Shown: piece by piece, positions 23,215 through 37,322 of the stretch
Numbering within the stretch: the first letter of the stretch is position 1
Layout: every line of letters starts with the position of its first letter
Assembly (NCBI GenBank): GCA_030390025.1
Contig: CM059433.1
Coordinates: forward strand, 6,324,001-6,388,000
DNA: 64,000 bases
Reading direction: 5' to 3'
Source of the DNA: Squalus acanthias
Taxonomy: Eukaryota
Notes under the pieces: model-generated
Told to the model about the DNA's origin: nothing
Seen by the model: the letters and a program-made list of their open reading frames with translations, nothing else
Database searches by the model: none
Program-made: the position numbers and the translations under genes

Positions 23215-24008
23215 GCATGTACCAAAGGCTGTGTTGCCTGCCCGGTCGGTGCCAGGGTTAAGGACATCTCCCTCGCGGCTGGAGAAGAACTTGGATGGGA
23301 AGGGGGGGGAATCCAGCGGTTGTGGTCCACGTAGGAACCAACGACATAGGTAGAACTAGGAATGAGGTTCTGCTGAGGGAGTTTGAGTAGCTAGGATACA
23401 AATTAAAAAGCAGAACCTCAAAAGGTAATAATCTCTGGATTGTTACCTGAGCCACGTGCAAATTGGGTTTAGTTCATGGGGCACCAGCGCCAGTACTGAG
23501 GAAAGAGGGAGCTGTTCCATTGGGACAGGCTCCACTTAAACCGGGCTGGGACCAGTGTCCTGACGAATTGAATAACTAGGGCAGGTTGGAGAAGCTGGAT
23601 TTGTTTTCATTATAGCAAAGGAGGTCGAGGGGTGATTTGATAGAGGTATGCAAGATTATGACGGGTTTGGATAGGATAGACGGGGAAAGGCTGTTCCCAC
23701 TAGTTGATGGTACAAGGACGAGGGGACACAGATTTACGGTTTTGGGCAAGAGATACAGGGGGGACGTGAGGAAAAACTTTTTTTTACGCAGCGAGTGGTG
23801 AGGACCTGGAACTCACTGCCAACGGAAGTGGTGGAAGCGGAGACACTCAATGTTTTCAAGGGGAGACTGGATAGGCACTTGAGGGAAATAAACTTGCAGG
23901 GCTACGGGGATAGAGAGGGGGAATGGGACTGACTGGATTGCTCCACAGAGAGCCGTCACGGACTCGATGGGCCGAATGGCCTCCTTCTGTGCCGTTATGA
24001 CTATGATA
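23215..24008 (+). mobile_element. Internally deleted CR1: ORF1 SGNH-esterase segment fused to ORF2 3' end
   Basis: 23230-23460 encodes CLPG.RVKDISSRLEKNL..VVVHVGTNDIG..KLKSRTSKVIISGLLPEPRAN (CR1 ORF1 esterase) with frameshifts. At about 23583 it jumps to the RGDLIEV region and tail. Confidence 0.8.
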
Positions 24009-24511
24009 CGCAGGGTTTTGGGGAGGGGGGGGTGCTGGTTCAAGAAGACAACGTTTATTAATGGAAGCGACTGAAGTTGAAAATACACATTTTTGTTCAA
24101 TTCTTTTTAATACTGTGAACTAAAGAACTACAGCAGTTTATATTTGTTGGTTGCCTGGTTGCATTGTGATCAATATTCTAATCACTTATGTGGACGTACA
24201 ACACGTCAGTGCCATAGGAAAGCCGCTGCTCCTGCTGTTTGTGCAGCCACTGCTATAGTGACAATGAGGGATGGGCTAATACGTTGAAAACTTTAAAATT
24301 AATACAAATTGCACAAATAGATTTGCCTCTTTCAGCTCACCTCGGGCTTTTGGATTGTTTGTCGATGCAACAACCGAGTAACTGAGTGAGGTTTCTGAGG
24401 TGCTAATGCATTATTATGCAGTACTTTTATATCCCAGTCATTTCTGACAATTAAAAAAAGAGTTTTGTACATGTTTGCAAAAGCTTTTAATTAATTCTAC
24501 CGTAAACAAAC

Positions 24512-24775
24512 TTGCAGAATGGGCATGTAAATAACAAATGAATTTCAATATAGATAAGTGTGAGGTGGTGCATTTTGGTGGGAGGAATAAGGAGGCGACC
24601 TACTCCTTGGAAAGTAAGAGTCTAAATGGGATCTCGGGGTATAGATTCACAAATCATTAAAAATAGCAACGCAGGTTAAAAAAACCATAAAAGTGCAAAT
24701 AAAGCACTGGGGTTCATTTCTAGAGGAATAGAATTCAAAAGCAGAGAAGTTATGTTAAACTTGTATCGCACCTTG
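24512..24775 (+). mobile_element. CR1 RT fragment
   Basis: Decayed QMNFNIDKCEVVHFG ... KSREVMLNLYRTL. Confidence 0.7.
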
Positions 24776-26900
24776 TCTGATTGTCTCATGATTTGAGACA
24801 GTGGGGTAGGAATATGGCATTACTGTAAATATGCTTTTAAGTGGTTGCTGTTGCTGTCATTGTTGTAAAAGTTGTTGTTGAAGGAAAACTTGCCCATGGA
24901 CAAAAAGGTCGCGCTCAAAGGAGGTCGTGGCCCGCTCAGTACAAAAAAACATTAGAGGGAACATTGCTTCAGTGCCCCACATAGGTTTAGTGTATATCGT
25001 ATGCACGAACACATAATGACATAACTGTCTTGATGGGTTTTTAGCTAGTTTTAATTCCTATCAAGAAGGAACAGCGCTTTTATTCCACTTTAATTTTGAG
25101 CTTGTGAATTTAAATACATTTACCTGCGCTGTTACTTTTCAGACTATGTGGATGCAGCGAGAAAGCTGGCCTAAATCCAAGAAATTTGCGATTGTAATTG
25201 TCTTAACTGGTTGGGTTGGGGTAGGGGTGGTTCGCAGCTCTCAATCAATCTTGCACGGTTTCACTGAGGGTATTAGCAGAATGGCACAAAGGTCCAGGGA
25301 AATGATGGCGCTGCATGAATAATGACCTAACTCGAAAAACTGGATATATATTTAATTTTGGAAATTCAAACCATCAGCAATCTTTCTGTGATGCTGCCCT
25401 GAGAAAATTAAGAAAACCTGTTTCATTTTCAAAGAATTGAATCATCCTTAGAAGAATCTATTAGATAAATCGATAGAAATGAGTCGACACCAAAAACATG
25501 CATATGACGACCATAGAAACTGAATAGCATATTACAAATGGTTAAGGTAGTGGCTTTCATTACCGACTGATGAATAATACAGGCAGCCCACCACTCAGGC
25601 TGACTGTTGGACAATGAGGTGCAATAGAAATTGGAAGCACTCACAATACGAAGAACAAAGTGTTGTGTAGAGTATGCCATTTCCCTGCAACAAACAGTGA
25701 AATGAAACCTGATATCATTGTAGTTCAAGTCATGTGGTATAACTGCACTTTGGTTAAAGCATTTGTTTTGAGCGCACAAACTTTAAATCCAACCCCAACT
25801 GTAGGAACACCTGCCACTGCAAAGGAAAGTTTGCTAAATACAACCCCACTTGTCACCCACATTTTAATGAAGTAACCTCCAAGGGGAAAATGGTAAAACC
25901 TGAACTTCACTCACGGCTTGTGTAGTCATTGATGTGTGCCTTGTAATATGTTCCAGCTCATGTCAACAGCTCGAGTCAACTGATGATTTCTTTACAAGAA
26001 AGTAAACTCTCTTCCACAATATTACAAAAGCTGCTAAGCAATCTTTTGTTTTAAAACAATTTTTTGTTAACCCTTGGATATATAAAAATCCCTATTTATA
26101 TTTCATTATTGATGTCAAAACATATACAACTTAAGTAACACTACATATTTTTGTGCATTGCACATCAACTTCCCATTTTAATATTTTAACAAATATGGAT
26201 ATACTTAGTTAACATTAATTTGGCCATTGATCAATATCAGTATGCGGTCTGTATACACATCAAACCATATTTTCTCACCATAAGTCAAGTGTCAAAAGTA
26301 TAACTCGGGTAACATTTTCATGCGTATGCTTCACATTTACACGCAAAATATTTCAGGTCAGTAACCCAACAGGAGGCGAGCGAAGTAGTTTCACAACAAA
26401 CCTTCTTTCTTCTTCACCACCACCAAAAAAAGGCATATCATGTGAAGCAATAATGCACTACATTTTAGCCTAATTTTCCTTCTGCATGCTGGCCTCATAT
26501 TTCAGTCTTCCACTCTTCAAGGAGTCATTCTTAACTCGAGATCAAACAACACTACTGGAAATCTTGGGAGAATTTAAGATCTTGTTAAGTCCTTGAAGGC
26601 AGTCGGAAGTTTGCCAAAGAAAATTCAACATATCATTGATACGGAACGCTCTGATCAAATGGTTTTCTTGGAAGTTGCTTGATGTCAACTGAGCAACTCC
26701 ATGCACAATGTTCTCCACAGGGGCAGGGAGATGTATAAAAAAAATTAGAAAGCTCTCAAAACAAGAAAACAATGAGAAACATTTTCTCCACCCCACCCCC
26801 CCCCCACCCCATGAATGATCTAAATATTCTACTCAATTTATTTAAATTTTCTAAGATAGTTAATGTGAATTTTTTTTGACTTTCACTGATGTGACACAGC

Positions 26901-27376
26901 GAAAGAAAGACAGACTTGCATTTCTATAGCGCCTTTCATGACCACCGAACGTCTCAAAGCGCTTTACAACCAATGAAGTACTTTTTGGAGTGTAGTCACT
27001 GTTGTAGTGTGGGAAACGCAGCAGCCAATTTGTGCACAGCAAGCTCCCACAAACAGCAATGTGAAAATGCCCAGATAATCTGTTTTTGTTATGTTGGTTG
27101 AGGGAGAAAAATATTGGCCAGGATACCAGGGATAACTCCCCTGCTCTTCTTCGAAATAGTGCCATGGGATCTTTTACGTCCACCGGAGAGAGCAGACGGG
27201 GCCTTGGTTTAACGTCTCATCTGAAAGACGGCACCTCCGACAGTGCAGCACTCCCTCAGCACTGCACTGGAGTGTCAGCCTAGCTTTATGTGCTCAAGTC
27301 CCTGGAGTGGGGACTGTGAACCCACAACCTTCTGACTCAGAGGCGAGTGTGCTACCCACTGAGCCACAGCTGACAC
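26901..27376 (-). mobile_element. DeuSINE (SacSINE1-like), full length
   Basis: Reverse complement of the 15925-16402 family. Confidence 0.87.
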
Positions 27377-27779
27377 TCGAACATGACACTGACCAGTGCA
27401 TTCTACACATATGTGAATGCCAGCTGGCTATTTTATCACTGGGGCTGGGCTGGGGGGGGGGGGGGCGGAGGGGGAGGGGCACATCACAGCCGAACTTAAT
27501 TATACCCTTTCTGGATCTCCGCACCTCTGCACGCTTCAGGATAGAAACCAGGAGTAAAAATAGCAGATTTTTCCCTGCCTAGCCCAGGCAACAATTGTAG
27601 TGCTTTTCACAGGTGCCCAAGCAGAGTCTGGAATCGAATACAGCTATGTTTAAAAAGCAGTTGACTGACAGGGGCGGCAGAGGTGGAAAGTGTATCTATA
27701 ATTTAGATTGAGATTGTGTTAAATTTGTACTCATCCTCTAATCAAGTTAAATTATTTACAAAACATAAAAATACTAAGA

Positions 27780-28600
27780 GGTTGACCATAGTCATGGCTA
27801 TATTAACGAACGCACATGCCCAATGTCCACAGCCCATTGGAGTGAAGCATATACTCTCACTCTACAAGATATTCTGCTATATCTCATCCATCCTCATTGT
27901 CAGGCCAAAGAATTCAGCCAGCTCTCAGGCTACAAGCTCAACTATTCCCACCATAAAGCTCATCCACACTCAAACAAGTGGTACAGCCTTATCCATCTCT
28001 GAAGAGCAAACTTATCTTTTCCATCTCTTCCAGATATTATAATCCATATCCCTGCTCATCAGTTCTGTGACCATAAACCCCTCTCTCAGGCAGGGCAGCG
28101 ACTTACAATATGCTTGCAGTAGTTCCAACTCTCCATGAGGAAAGGCAGGTTTTAACATCCTGATCTTTAAGCACTACCTACTACTGGGGAACCTGCAGCA
28201 AAGCTTCCCCTCCACTTGTGGCTGGCCACAAAAGAAAATCCCACCCTACAAACCCCTTTAGAGATTTGAGACCTGGAGAGATTTAAATTTAAAAACAATC
28301 GGCAGCCCAGAAACCTCTTCCATCACTGATCTCAACAGCCTGGAGGGAAATCCACATTGGATTGACGCTGCCTTAGATCAGTCAATCCATTCCCCACTAT
28401 GATGCAGAAGCAACCTTCCAGTGTCTTGAAGAGGAAAATGTAAAAACAGGCATGATGTCCTTCCATTAACTTGCTGCAATTTCACTTCACACAGAACGAT
28501 TTTGGTTACCTCCAGTACAACACTTGCTCATTAAAACCAATGTAAACCAACCACATTATATCTCTATAGCACAAAGCTACCCCTGCAGATACATCTGCCT
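27780..28600 (+). mobile_element. Ancient L1/Tx1-clade RT remnant
   Basis: KHILSLY/DILLYL (frameshifted; compare L1 HKISLYADDILLY) and EFSQLSGYKLNYS (compare FxxxSGYKINxxKS) at about 27845-27950. Right boundary uncertain. Confidence 0.5.
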
Positions 28601-29668
28601 TTACTGAATACAGTCTTGCACAGCATCAGAGAAGGTCTGGGAACCTGACCGGCTCTACCTACTGAATAGAAGACAAAAGGAAGCTCTGATGCTGATCCTG
28701 GTCACCTCCACCTGCAGCAGGATGAGATTAGAAACGTCTACCTCACACCTAGGACAAAAATTCCACCCAATAATGACAGATGAGTGCTGTTATAAATACA
28801 GCCAAATTTAAGTCATATCCTGTCAATCAATCAGAGGTTGGGCTGAATGGCCTGTTTCTGTGCTGTACGTTACATAATTCTCCCTTCGTAAGGCCTTAAA
28901 CATCTTGGCAAGGATGGAGCCCAGCCCAGCTGATGTAAAGAATTGGCAAGGCCCTCAATGGATATGAAAGTACCATGTAATCCGTAACATGCATTTGGCA
29001 CTGTCCCACAAGAAAGAATGCAAAGCTTTCCTAAATACTTTTAGGAATCTTGTGGCATGATTCAAGATCAAAACATTTTTACTTCTTTGGAGGGGGGCGA
29101 AAAAAAGCATTTTTATTAGCACAGACAAAAAGAACAATTAATGTCAGAAAATAACTATGGAAGTTGCAGAGAGATGTGCTCCAAGCTGGATTAGGTTACA
29201 CTGGAGTTTCTTTAAACAGCCAACCCATGCTGCAGATGTGACTGACTAAACAGTGAGAAGACACTCCATTCCCACTACAAATCCTTGTGTTGAAAAGTAC
29301 AAAATTTACAACTCAAATTTTGTCCCAATGAGAAAAGTAAATTAGTCTGAAACCCCAGGAAAATGGATGTGTTAATTTTACTTAAAAGGATCAAAACCTA
29401 TATCCTCACAGAAAAGGGAGCGGTTGAAGAAAAATATCCAATAGAGCCAGCATTTCCAGACACTCAAAATGGCAGGGTTTAAAAAAAAAAAAAATTATTA
29501 AACCATTCGAATCGAAAAGAGGGTAAACATATTTTCAGAATTGGGAGAACGCACTTTTTTCTGCTTATGCACCAAAATACATTCCATTGCAAATCCATTC
29601 TAGCTCGAGTTCCATCCCCCAAGGATGGGGACTATGGTTGCTGCGAATGTTAAAATTACAAAAATAAT

Positions 29669-30428
29669 GGCCCGGAATTTGCGGCGGGCAATTACAGCGA
29701 ACGAATAAGCCCTTCGAAACGGACCGCAACTTCAGGATTTAGTGCATGTGCGTGCTGACGTGGAAATGCTAAAGTTGCGGTCAGTCATTTTGACAAATTT
29801 GCTGCTCCGACACTGGCTGCGCTGCAGTGCCACCCCCTCCCCCCTCTCCAATAGCCAGCAATCCGTATAATCAGGGAAATTTCAGTGAAACTGACCAACG
29901 GCTTTTCCATGGTAATACCGCTGTGAAATATCCCATTAAAAGTTACATCCTTTTGGATCAGGTGTACCTGGGGTTTTAACAGCATATTAGTTGCTAAATA
30001 AACGTTATGGCCCTGAAAAACTGATTTTAATTTTGTGGAGTGTCAAATTTATCAATTTTAATAAAAATGCCATTTTTAAGAAACTTTCAAAAAAGTAAAA
30101 ACATTTTTTAAAGTTGGTTCATCTTTATTTCAGGTTTACCTTTTCCCCACGAGAGCCCCAGTCTTTGTTTTGCTCTCTAACATTTTTAAAAAGTTAGAAT
30201 AAATGGAGCTTATTCACTTCCTGGTTCCCAGTCTGAGAGAATTCTGCATTGTGATTGGCTGCTTCGACAACTCGCGCTATGGGATTCACCATTAACTTAA
30301 ACTGATCTCAACTGAACGTCGGAAAAGCCGAACTTCTCGCCACAGACGTTACGAGATCCTTGTGGGAAGCTTACTTCAGGGGCCAGCGGCGAATGCTTTT
30401 GCTTCGCCACGGACCGCAAATTACGGCC
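29669..30428. mobile_element. MITE (Harbinger-like)
   Basis: TIRs GGCCCGGAATTTGCGG and CCGCAAATTACGGCC. CpG-rich ends and AT-rich core, as in 3582-4322. Confidence 0.65.
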
Positions 30429-30704
30429 AAAGTGTTTGCTCCTTTGTTTACCCCGGCAGTGCTCATACACAATTGGCAATGAGAATGTCGAGGAACAAAT
30501 CAGTAACAAAGGGGACAAGCGGTCTGTTGAATTGGGTAAATTTCCATGTTTTGATATGAAGGTGACTTCCACATGGATAGCCAATGATGGATGCAGTGGA
30601 TTAGCGTGTTCAAGTTATACTCAGCTATACCCGAGGAGTCACCAACGAGGAGAAGGGAGCTCTACTTCTGCATTCCATGGGTTTGAAGGTGCTATAATTC
30701 TTAG

Positions 30705-31243
30705 TCAACAACAACTTGCATTTATATAGCGCCTTTAACATAGTAAAACGTCCCAAGGTACTTCACGGGAGCGATTATCAAACAAAATTGGACACCGAGT
30801 CACATAAGGAGATATTAAGGCAAAGTTGGGTCGGAGAGGTAGGTTTTGAGGAGCCTCTTAAAAGGAGGAAGGCGAGGTGGAGGGGGTTAGGGAGGGAATT
30901 CCAGAGCTTAGGGCCCAGGCAGCTGAAGACACAGCCACCAACAGTGGATAAATTAAAATCGTGGATGCGCAGGAGGCTAGAATTTGAGGAGCGCAAATAT
31001 CGGAGGGTTGTAGGACTGGAGGAGGTTACAGAGATAGGGAGGGGCGAGGCCATGGAGGGATTTGGAAACCAATGTAGGTCAGTGAGCACAGGGGTGATGG
31101 GTGTTCGGAACTTGATGAGAGTTAGGACACCGGCAGCAGGGTTTTGGATGACCTTGAGTTTATAAAGGGTGGAAGATGGGAGACTGGCCAGGAGAGCGAT
31201 GGAATAGTCAATAGAGGTAACAAAGGCATGGATGAGGGTTTCA
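30705..31243 (-). mobile_element. L2-type LINE 3' fragment
   Basis: Minus ORF LTDLHWFP..RYLRSS..GGCVFSCLGPKLWNSLP is an L2 ORF2 C-terminus, followed by the tail. Confidence 0.85.
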
Positions 31244-31269
31244 TCACCTTGGCCTTAGCTGTGAAATAA

Positions 31270-33290
31270 CAGGTCAAGACAACAAATGTGTCCTTGTGTG
31301 GGTATGAGGACATCTTGCGGTCTCGACCAGTTATTTCACACCTTAGGCCTATGCACCATTTGAGAGACACTTTTCAACAAAGAATCCCAGGAAAAGGGGG
31401 AAAATGGTACAGCAGTCGGTGTGCCAGTTGAGACAACAGGCACATAACTACACATTGATGATCAGATCACTGATCAGTGTCAGTCTTCCACACCGAGACA
31501 GAACGGAGGATCCAGGAGCCAGGAATGAAGGAGTCAATGTGGTTGACGGGGGCAAGGACAGAAATGGCCCAAGGAAAATGGAAGCGATCCCGGAGGAAAC
31601 TAGTTTTTGCATGTAACCGAGAAGGACATTTTGCTAAGGACCTGAATTGTCCAGCAAGGGGGGGAAGAAATGCAGGAATTGCAGGAAGGCTGGCCACTTC
31701 GCAGCTTGCTGCATGACCAGGAAACCAGAAGTTGTGATGCAATCCTCAGTAGGCGAAAAAAGGAGAAATGGGGTCAAGGGTATTTGCCAATTAAAAACAG
31801 CCTGCACGTATTCCTTTGAAGTCGGCTTAAAGCACAATGGGTCGCAAACATTACAGACACTGTGATTGTGCAAGGTAGGAATGTGCACGGCAGGAATGGC
31901 TTTTTGCGGTGAGGAAATTGGAGCAGGCAGGATCGACATTACTCCAGACAAGGGAGAGTTCGGACGGCCTCAGCTGGACATTCGAATGGTATTCACCAGC
32001 GAGGGAGAGATTGCAGCAGTTAGGAGTGCGGAAGCACCGAAGCCTACGTGGGATGTCTGGAGTCTTGGTGCAGCGCGGCTGCGAGTTCCTGCCCGATTGG
32101 CGATGGTTGCAGAACCGTTACAGCACCGGACGAGAACTTTGACTGTCAAAGGTTTACTGGCCAAATCTGCATTTTTGACACATCTTGACCCAAACGCTAG
32201 AACTCAATTCGAGGCAGACGTGGTGGCGACTCAGAGACAGGACTGAGGGCGGAGAGTGGGCAGAAGCATGGCAGATGCAATATAACGTGGATAAATGCGA
32301 GTTTATCCACTTTGGTGTCAAAAACAGAAAGGCAGACTATTATCTGAATGGCAATAGATTGGGAGAAGGGGAAGTGCAACAAGACCTGGGTGTCCTTGTG
32401 CACCAGTCGCTGAAGGTAAGCATGCAGGTGCAGCAGGCGGTGAAGGAGGCAAATGGTATGTTGGCCTTCATAGCGAGAGGGTTTGAATATAGGAACAGGG
32501 ATGTCCTGCTGCAGTTGTACAGGGCCTTGGTGAGACCACACCTTGAGTACTGTGTGCAGTTTTGGTCGCCTTATCTGAGGAAGGATGTTCTTGCCATGGA
32601 AGGAGTTCAGCGAAGATTCACAAGGCTGATACCTGGGATGGCAGGAATGACATATGAGGCGAGATTGGGTCGATTGGGCTTATACTCGCTGGAGTATAGA
32701 AGAATGAGAGGGGATCTCATCGAAACTTATAAAATTCTGACAGGTCTGGACAAACTAGATGCAGGAAGAATGTTCCTGATGGTCGGAGAGTCCAGAACCA
32801 GGGGTCATAATCTAAGGATAAGGGGTAAGCCATTTAGGACAGAAATGAGGAAGAATTTCTTCACCCAGAGAGTGGTGAACCTGTGGAATTCTCTACCACA
32901 GAAGGTAGTTGAGGCCAATTCATTAAATATATTCAAGAATGAGTTAGATATATTTCTTAAAGCTAAAGGCATCAAGGGATATGGGGAGAAGGCAGGGACA
33001 GGGTACTGAGTTTGGATGATCAGCCATGATCTCATCGAATGGCGGAGCAGGCTCGAGGGGCCGAATGGCCTACTCCTGCTCCTATCTTCTATGTTTCTAT
33101 ATGCAAGTAGGAGCCCAAAGAAGGTAGAATGACGGAAAAGGAGGCATTAGCTGCGGTGTGAGCATGCAAGCGCTTTAACATTTACGCATTTGGCCTAAAA
33201 TTTGAATTGAAAACTGACCACAAGGCAGCGGAGTGCATTTATTTCAAAAGGCCAAAAGGCATCAGCTCCTCTCCGAGTGGGTCACAATCC
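31270..33290 (+). mobile_element. Degenerate Ty3/Gypsy internal region (gag/pol), interrupted by CR1
   Basis: Twin zinc knuckles (FACNREGHFAKDLNCPARG, CRNCRKAGHFAACC). RT-RNaseH linker LTHLDPNA. RNaseH EKEALAAV*ACKRFNIYAFGLKFELKTDHK at about 33135-33225. No LTRs seen. Confidence 0.75.
32245..33100 (+). mobile_element. Young CR1 3' fragment with open frame
   Basis: Uninterrupted ORF to 33009. Same subfamily as 11055-12399. Confidence 0.95.
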
Positions 33291-33827
33291 AGACCTGCCG
33301 CCATGGCGAAGTTACGCAATGCACAGCACACGATGGCGACCCCTTTCTGGGACGTAGTGGTGGACATCCCAGACTGTCCAAGCACCTGAGCAACCCGCTG
33401 GCCCTCACAACCACCTACCTGGTGGACGCATATACCCGATTGTAGAGGTTGAGGGAGTGGTAGCCATTCCTGATCATGTAGCTTTGCGGGTTCTGAAGGA
33501 GAGTCTTCAGTGCCATGTGCGTTCCCCGTCAACACACCCAGCACTCCAGGGAACAGAGCAACCCTGTAGAAACTTAACGCACTCTGGCCTTGCTCCACCA
33601 CACAAATTCCAAATCTGATGATCTCCCAGGCCTAACGGAACTGGGCATCAGTCTCCCCCCACCCCACCCCCCGACTAATCCTGCACAGTCTACCTGCTTC
33701 ACCTACAAATCTGCCTGTAAACCTGCTCGCAATTTGGAGAGCCTCTGAACAAGCGCAATTGCAGGCAACTGGCATTTGTAACGGGGTGGTGCCATTTTTA
33801 TGGGCAGAGACGCATTCGGGCGGAGGG

Positions 33828-34237
33828 ATACGAATTAGGAGCAGGAGTAGGCCACTCAGCCCCTCGAGCCTGCTCCGCCATTCAATAAGATCATGGCTGA
33901 TCCGATTACTCCACATTCCCGCCTACCCCCGATAACCTTTCACCCCCTTGCTTACCAAGAATCTATCTACCTCTGCCTTAAAAATATTCAAAGACTCTGC
34001 TTCCACCGCCCTCTGAGGAAGAGAGTTCCAAAGACTCAAGACCCACTGAGAAAAAATGTCTCCTCATCTCGGTCTTAAATGGGTGACCCCTTATTTTTAA
34101 ACAGTGACCCCTAGTTCTAGATTCTCCCACAAGAGGAAACATCCTCTCCACATCCACCCTAAGGATCTTATATGTTTCAATCAAGTCACCTCTTACTCTT
34201 CTAAACTCCAGCAGATACAAGCCTAGCCTGTCCAACC
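33828..34237 (-). mobile_element. CR1 3' fragment
   Basis: RVRGDLIETYKIL..ESRTRGH plus tail. Confidence 0.88.
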
Positions 34238-35711
34238 AACCTTTCAATGGATGATCATTAAAAGATAGGGGAGATTTGGGCGCATTGATTGTACTTATAC
34301 GCGTAATTCACTTGCGCCCAAAATTCTACGATCTTTTAGGCTGTGCATTTGCTTCTCCTTCCATTTTTGACATCTTGACGACATTCTATATTACCCATAC
34401 ACAGAATTCTTTTAAAACTATCTTTGGACTATCTTTATACAGCTTAAAAAATGCCAAATGTTCATTGATGCAGTTCAAAATCCCTAGAATTTACTGAGAT
34501 CAGATACCAATTATACATTCCTAAATCAATCTCAGGACCATGTAGACAAACTTCAGATATATTAGCTACAGAAGATGACATTCCCTCTCTCGATATATCC
34601 GCAGATTCTGCATTCTTACTGAAACCAACAATGGGTCTGTGTGTGTAACCAAGGACCTATTTTAAAAGCACATCGGCAACAAAATAACATTTATAGAATT
34701 ATTACAATTGCTTTTACAATTCACTTCCTTGCTCAATACAATTACATTTTGCTTCTGAAATAGTTCAAAAACATTGTAACCTGGCACAACTGCCATTTCT
34801 TGCGTTGGTCTTTGTATACACACACATCAGGAATTTAAGGCTAAAAATTTTTTTTTTTTTTTTTTTAAATAAACTTATTTATTTCTGTAGAAACAAAATA
34901 GTTGGATAGTCAAAGCATCATTTTTTTTTTCCAGCCAAAAACCCTTTTACTAAAAGATAAGGCACACAGCAGAATGAGTTATTTTTAGACTCGGATGAAA
35001 ATCCCCAACTAAAGACAATGCAAGTCAACAGTGGCAACTGAAAAACACAAGAATGTTGACGGAGTAAATATGCACTCATGTGAACTATTCCCTCCACTGA
35101 ATTATTTATACCCCTAGTAATGTACACTAAACTTCCACTTCAGTCAATCCAAGTCGAAGCATTACGCCATTCGAGCAGCATTCAAAACAGATTGATTCGC
35201 GCTCGGTGCACGCCGAGCCAATCGCAGAGCATTAAAAAAAGGAAACCCATCTGAAAAATTACTGCTTAGAAACTATGATGGCGATTAGTAATAAAGTGAA
35301 ATGTCTGAACCAAGTTTTTCCATTGTGCTTAGATGTGGCTTTTTTTAATTCTACTCCACCCCCGACAAAAGTACAAAAATTTCAAAGTGCACGCAGGTGA
35401 ACCTCAATGCACATGCAAAGCGGCTTTCAGTGGCATAGCTCTGCCAGAATCAAGTTCTACAAACAGGCAGTGAAAAAGTGAATGCATTCTTTCCTCCCAC
35501 TACATTTCCCTTTTTCCCTCCACCTGCTGTTTCTTGGCTAATTCTCACCCCCCACCTGAAGACATTCATCCAGTGCTCAGATACAGTTCCACATGTGCCA
35601 GTTGCCCTCCAGTACCTCACTCAAGGGACCATTATTGAAGAGCGAGCCTCAGCAGTGAATCCTGACATTATGTTATTGAAGGGAGCATAAATCAAACAAT
35701 TTTTTTTTTTA

Positions 35712-37322
35712 AAATTCATTCACAGGTTGCAGGCATCGCTGGGAAGGCCAGCATTTATTGCCCATCCCTAATTGCCCTTGAGAAGGTGGTGGTGAGCCGC
35801 TTTCTTGAACCGCTGCAGTCCGTGTGGTGAAGGTGCTCCCACAGTGCTGTTAGGGAGGGAGTTCCAGGATTTTGACCCAGCGACGATGAAGGAACGGCCG
35901 ATATACTTCTAAGTCAGGATGGTGTGTGACTTGGAGGGGAACTTGGAGGTGGTGGTGTTCCCACGTGCCTGCTGACCTTGTCCTTCTAGGTGGCAGAGGT
36001 CGCGGGTTTGGGAGGTGCTGCCAAAGAAGCCTTGGTGAGTTGCTGCAGTGCATCTTGTAGATGGTACACACTGCAGCCACGGTGCGCCGGTGGTGGAGGG
36101 AGTGAATGTTTAAGGTGGTGGATGGGGTGCCAATCAAGCGGGCTGCTTTGTCCTGGATGGTGTTGAGCTTCTTGAGTGTTGTTGGAGCTGCACTCATCCA
36201 GGCAAGTGGAGAGTATTCCATCACACTCCTTACTTGTGCCTTGTAGATGGTGGAAAGGCTTTGGGGAGCGAGGAGATGAGACACTCGCCGCAGAATACCA
36301 ATCTCTGATCTGCTCTTGTAGCCACAGTATTTATGTGGCTGGTCCAGTTAAGTTTCTGGTCAATGGTGACCCCCAGGATGTTGCTGGTGGGGGATTCAAT
36401 GATGGTAGTGTCATTGAATGTCATGGGGCGGTGGTTAGACACTCATTTGTTGGAGATAGTCATTGCCTGGCACTTGTGTGGCACATATTTTACATGCCAT
36501 TTGTCAGGCCAAGCCTGGATGTTGTCCAGGTCTTGCTGCATGCAGGCATGGACTGCTTCATTATCCGAGGAATTGTGAATTGAATAGAACACTGCAATCA
36601 TCAGCGAACACCCCCAATTCTGACCTAATGATGGAAGGAAGACCATTGACAAAGCAGCTGAAGATGGTTGGGCCTCGGACACTACCTTGAAGAACTCCTG
36701 CATCGATATCCTGGGGCCAAGATGATTAGTCGCGAAAAACCACCACAACCATCTTATCTTCCTTTGTGCTAGGTAAGACTCCAGCCAGTGGAAAGTTTTC
36801 CTCCTAATCCCCAGCGACATTAATTTTACGAGGGCTCCTTGATGCCACACTCGGTCAAATGCTGCCTCAAGGTCAAGGGCAGTCACTTTCACCTCACCTC
36901 TGGATTTCAGCTCTTTTGTCCATGTTTGGACCAAGGCTGTAATGAGGTCTGGCGCCGAGTGGACCTGGCGGAACCCAAACTGGGCATCAGTGAGCAGGTT
37001 ATTGGTGAGTAAGTGCCGCTTGATAGCACGGTCAACGACACCTTCCATCACTTTGCTGATGATTGAGAGTAGACTGATGGAGTGGTAATTGGCCGGATTG
37101 GATTGGTCCTGCTTTTTGTGGACAGGACATACCTGGGCAGTTTTCCACTTTGTCAGGTAGATACCAGTGTTGTAGCTGTACTGGAACAAGCTTGGCTAGA
37201 GGCGCGGCTAGTTCTGGAGCAGATGTTTTCACCACCCGGGATGTTGTCGGGGTCCATAGCCTTTGCGGTATCCAGTGCGTTCAGCCGCTTCTTGATATCA
37301 TGTGGAGTGAATCGAATTGGCT
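35712..37322 (-). mobile_element. Non-LTR retrotransposon (same family as 5995-7396)
   Basis: RT motifs PANYxxISLLS, QFGFR, LDLxxAFDRVWH and the WMSAAPTT region. Confidence 0.9.

Noticed and set aside
24335..25916. Other minus-strand donor-like sites (GAG|GTGAGC near 24340, GCC|GTGAGT near 25914)
   Set aside because: No convincing paired acceptor identified. Expected by chance in 50 kb.
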